Position numbers and translations under genes: made by a program. 64,000 nt of DNA from the human T2T-CHM13v2.0 reference genome, Homo sapiens, in NCBI RefSeq assembly GCF_009914755.1, contig NC_060927.1. One strand, written 5' to 3'. The notes beneath the pieces were generated by a model that worked only from the letters and a program-made list of their open reading frames with translations, had not been told where the DNA came from and ran no database searches. Below are positions 57,158 through 64,000 of this stretch, one piece after another; position 1 is the stretch's first letter, and every line of letters begins with the position of its first letter.

Positions 57158-57932
57158 TACATGAAAAAATGCTTATCATCACTGGCCATCAGAGAAATGC
57201 AAATCAAAATCACAATGAGATACCATCTCACACCAGTTAGAATGGCGATCATTAAAAAGTCAGGAAACTACAGGTGCTGGAGAGGATGTGGAGAAATAAG
57301 AACACTTTTACACTGTTGGTGGGACTGTAAACTAGTTCAATCATTGTGGAAGTCAGTGTGGCGATTCCTCAGGGATCTAGAACTAGAAATACCATTTGAC
57401 CCAGCCATCTCATTACTGAGTATATACCCAAAGGATTATAAAACATGCTACTGTAAAGAAACATGCATATGTATGTTTATTGCGGCACTATTCACAATAG
57501 CAAAGACTTGGAACCAACCCAAATGTCCAACAATGATAGACTGGATTAAGAAAATGTGGCACATATACACCATGGAATACTATGAAGCCATAAAAAATGA
57601 TGAGTTCCTGTCCTTTGTAGGGACATGGATGAAGCTGGAAACCATCATTCTCAGCAAACTATCGCAAGGACAAAAAAACCAAACACCGCATGTTCTCACT
57701 CATAGGTGGGAATTGAACAATGAGAACACATGGACACAGGAAGGGGAACATCACACACCGGGGCGTGTTGTGGGGTCGGGGGAGAGGGAAGGGATAGCAT
57801 TAGGAGATATACCTAATGTTAAATGATGAGTTAATGGGTGCAGCACAACAACATGGCACATGTATACATATGTAACAAACCTGTACGTTGTGCACATGTA
57901 CCCTAAAACTTAAAGTATAATAATTAAAAAAA
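57158..57932 (+). mobile_element. 5'-truncated L1PA5-like element (ORF2 C-terminus + 3'UTR)
   Basis: ORF2 C-terminal peptide; 3'UTR taatgttaaatgatgagttaatgggtgcagcac..caacatgg. Confidence 0.92.
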
Positions 57933-58169
57933 CATTTTAAAGCTGGTTAATACTTTAAATCAGCACTTTTAAAACTGTAGGTCAAGATCTACTAGTACGT
58001 CGTGAGATCAATTTAGTAGTTGCAACCAACATTAAAAAATTAGAAGAGAAAATAACAGACTACATCATAAGCTGCTGCACTATTATTTTATCAAAATTGT
58101 TTCAGTTAAACAATTTTATGATATATTATGTATTTAGTGAAAATTTATTGAGCACTGAGTACGTGTTAG

Positions 58170-58812
58170 ACCAAGGTTTTAGACAAGGGTCTTGCAATTG
58201 TGGGAATTTCAAGCCAGATAATTTTTTATTGTGTATATGATTGGTGGGGAAGGGGGTCTGTCATATGCATTATAGGACGTTTAGCAGCATCCTTGGTACT
58301 ATGGGCCGAATTGTGTTCCTCCAAAATTTGTACGTTGGAGTCCTAATCCCTAGTACCTTGGAATGTATTTGGACACAGAGTCTTTAAAGAGGTAATTAAG
58401 TTATGTATAATTTACATATAATTAAGTTATAATGAAAGCATTAGGGTGGGCCCTAATCCAATATAAATGGTCTTCTTATAAGAATGGCCCAGACAGGAAC
58501 AGAGGGAAGATCATGTGAAGACACAGGGAGAAGATGGCCATCCATGGAAGAGGCCAAGGAGAGAGGCCTCAAAAGAAACCTGCCTTTAGACACCTTGATC
58601 TTGGACTTGCAGCCTTCACAACAGCGAGAAAATACATTTCTGTTCAAGATCACCAGTCCATGGTACTTTGTTATGGCAGCCCTTGTTGGTTTTTACCCAC
58701 TGGGTGATAGTAGCACACCTTCCCCTGTCGTGACAAACAAACATCTCTCCAGACATTACCAAAAATTCTCCTGGGGGGGCGGTCAAATAACCTCCAGCTT
58801 GAGAACCATCAC
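58170..58812 (+). mobile_element. MER20 interrupted by an MLT1B-like LTR (58277-58685)
   Basis: MER20 halves (ggacgtttagcagcatccttgg / tacccactgg..tagcac..gtgacaaacaaacatctctccagacatt); MLT1 body in between. Confidence 0.8.
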
Positions 58813-59215
58813 CTAGACATATCTGATTGTACTGCTAATAATATTTAAGTGAGTTTCTCATTGTGTGTTGCTGTCAAAAAACTTGAAAATTTCCAGCTTT
58901 CAACCCTGCCACAACACTCTGGGACATAATGATTGGGTGGCAGATGTACTAAGATATTGATGATCCTTTAGCCTGAATAGCCTAGAAAGACGGTATCCCT
59001 GGGCCTGCCATGTCAGGCCTTGAACCAGTTATGCCAAGGTACTACACAAATACAAATTTTATGTATGCTGTGAAGGAAAAAAGGCTGAGTAATACTGATT
59101 TATGATACTCCCTTTCACTTTTTAGATGGGCAAAATGTGAAGTAACTTAGTTAAATAATCATTTGCTATCATTCATTCCATCAGTGGCAGAGGTGAGATT
59201 AATAACTCATGACTT

Positions 59216-64000
<4,785 letters not shown>

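Noticed and set aside
57161-57826. 221-aa ORF
   Set aside because: L1 ORF2 C-terminal remnant frameshifted into the 3'UTR; no promoter, EN or RT

Overview
Primate, human-like genomic DNA that is intronic or intergenic and dense in repeats. I recognise no host protein-coding exon, RNA gene or CRISPR array, and I cannot assign the locus. The dominant feature is a near full-length young L1 on the minus strand (15297-21307). It has intact ORF1 (338 aa), ORF2 (1275 aa) and antisense ORF0, and a 15-bp TSD. It lacks exactly the first ~21 nt, including the YY1 site, and carries a non-Ta 'GCG/A' 3'UTR signature. A second, older and disabled L1 (L1PA5-like, + strand, from 59216) runs off the window end and retains both the YY1 site and the ~129-bp ZNF93-binding segment. 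Other contents are a UBL5 processed pseudogene, about 12 Alu copies or fragments, several old L1 fragments, THE1/MLT1/ERVL LTRs and DNA-transposon MITEs (MER33, Tigger2, MER1B, MADE1, MER20, MER5A). Structure not explained by repeat families includes a ~400-bp inverted templated copy with fold-back junctions, a 49-bp higher-order minisatellite with one inverted unit, a perfect 28-bp-stem hairpin and two candidate spliced exons. I found no evidence of a new multi-gene system; the findings concern retroelement regulation and DNA-repair scars. Repeat subfamily names come from recalled consensus sequences, not from a database search.
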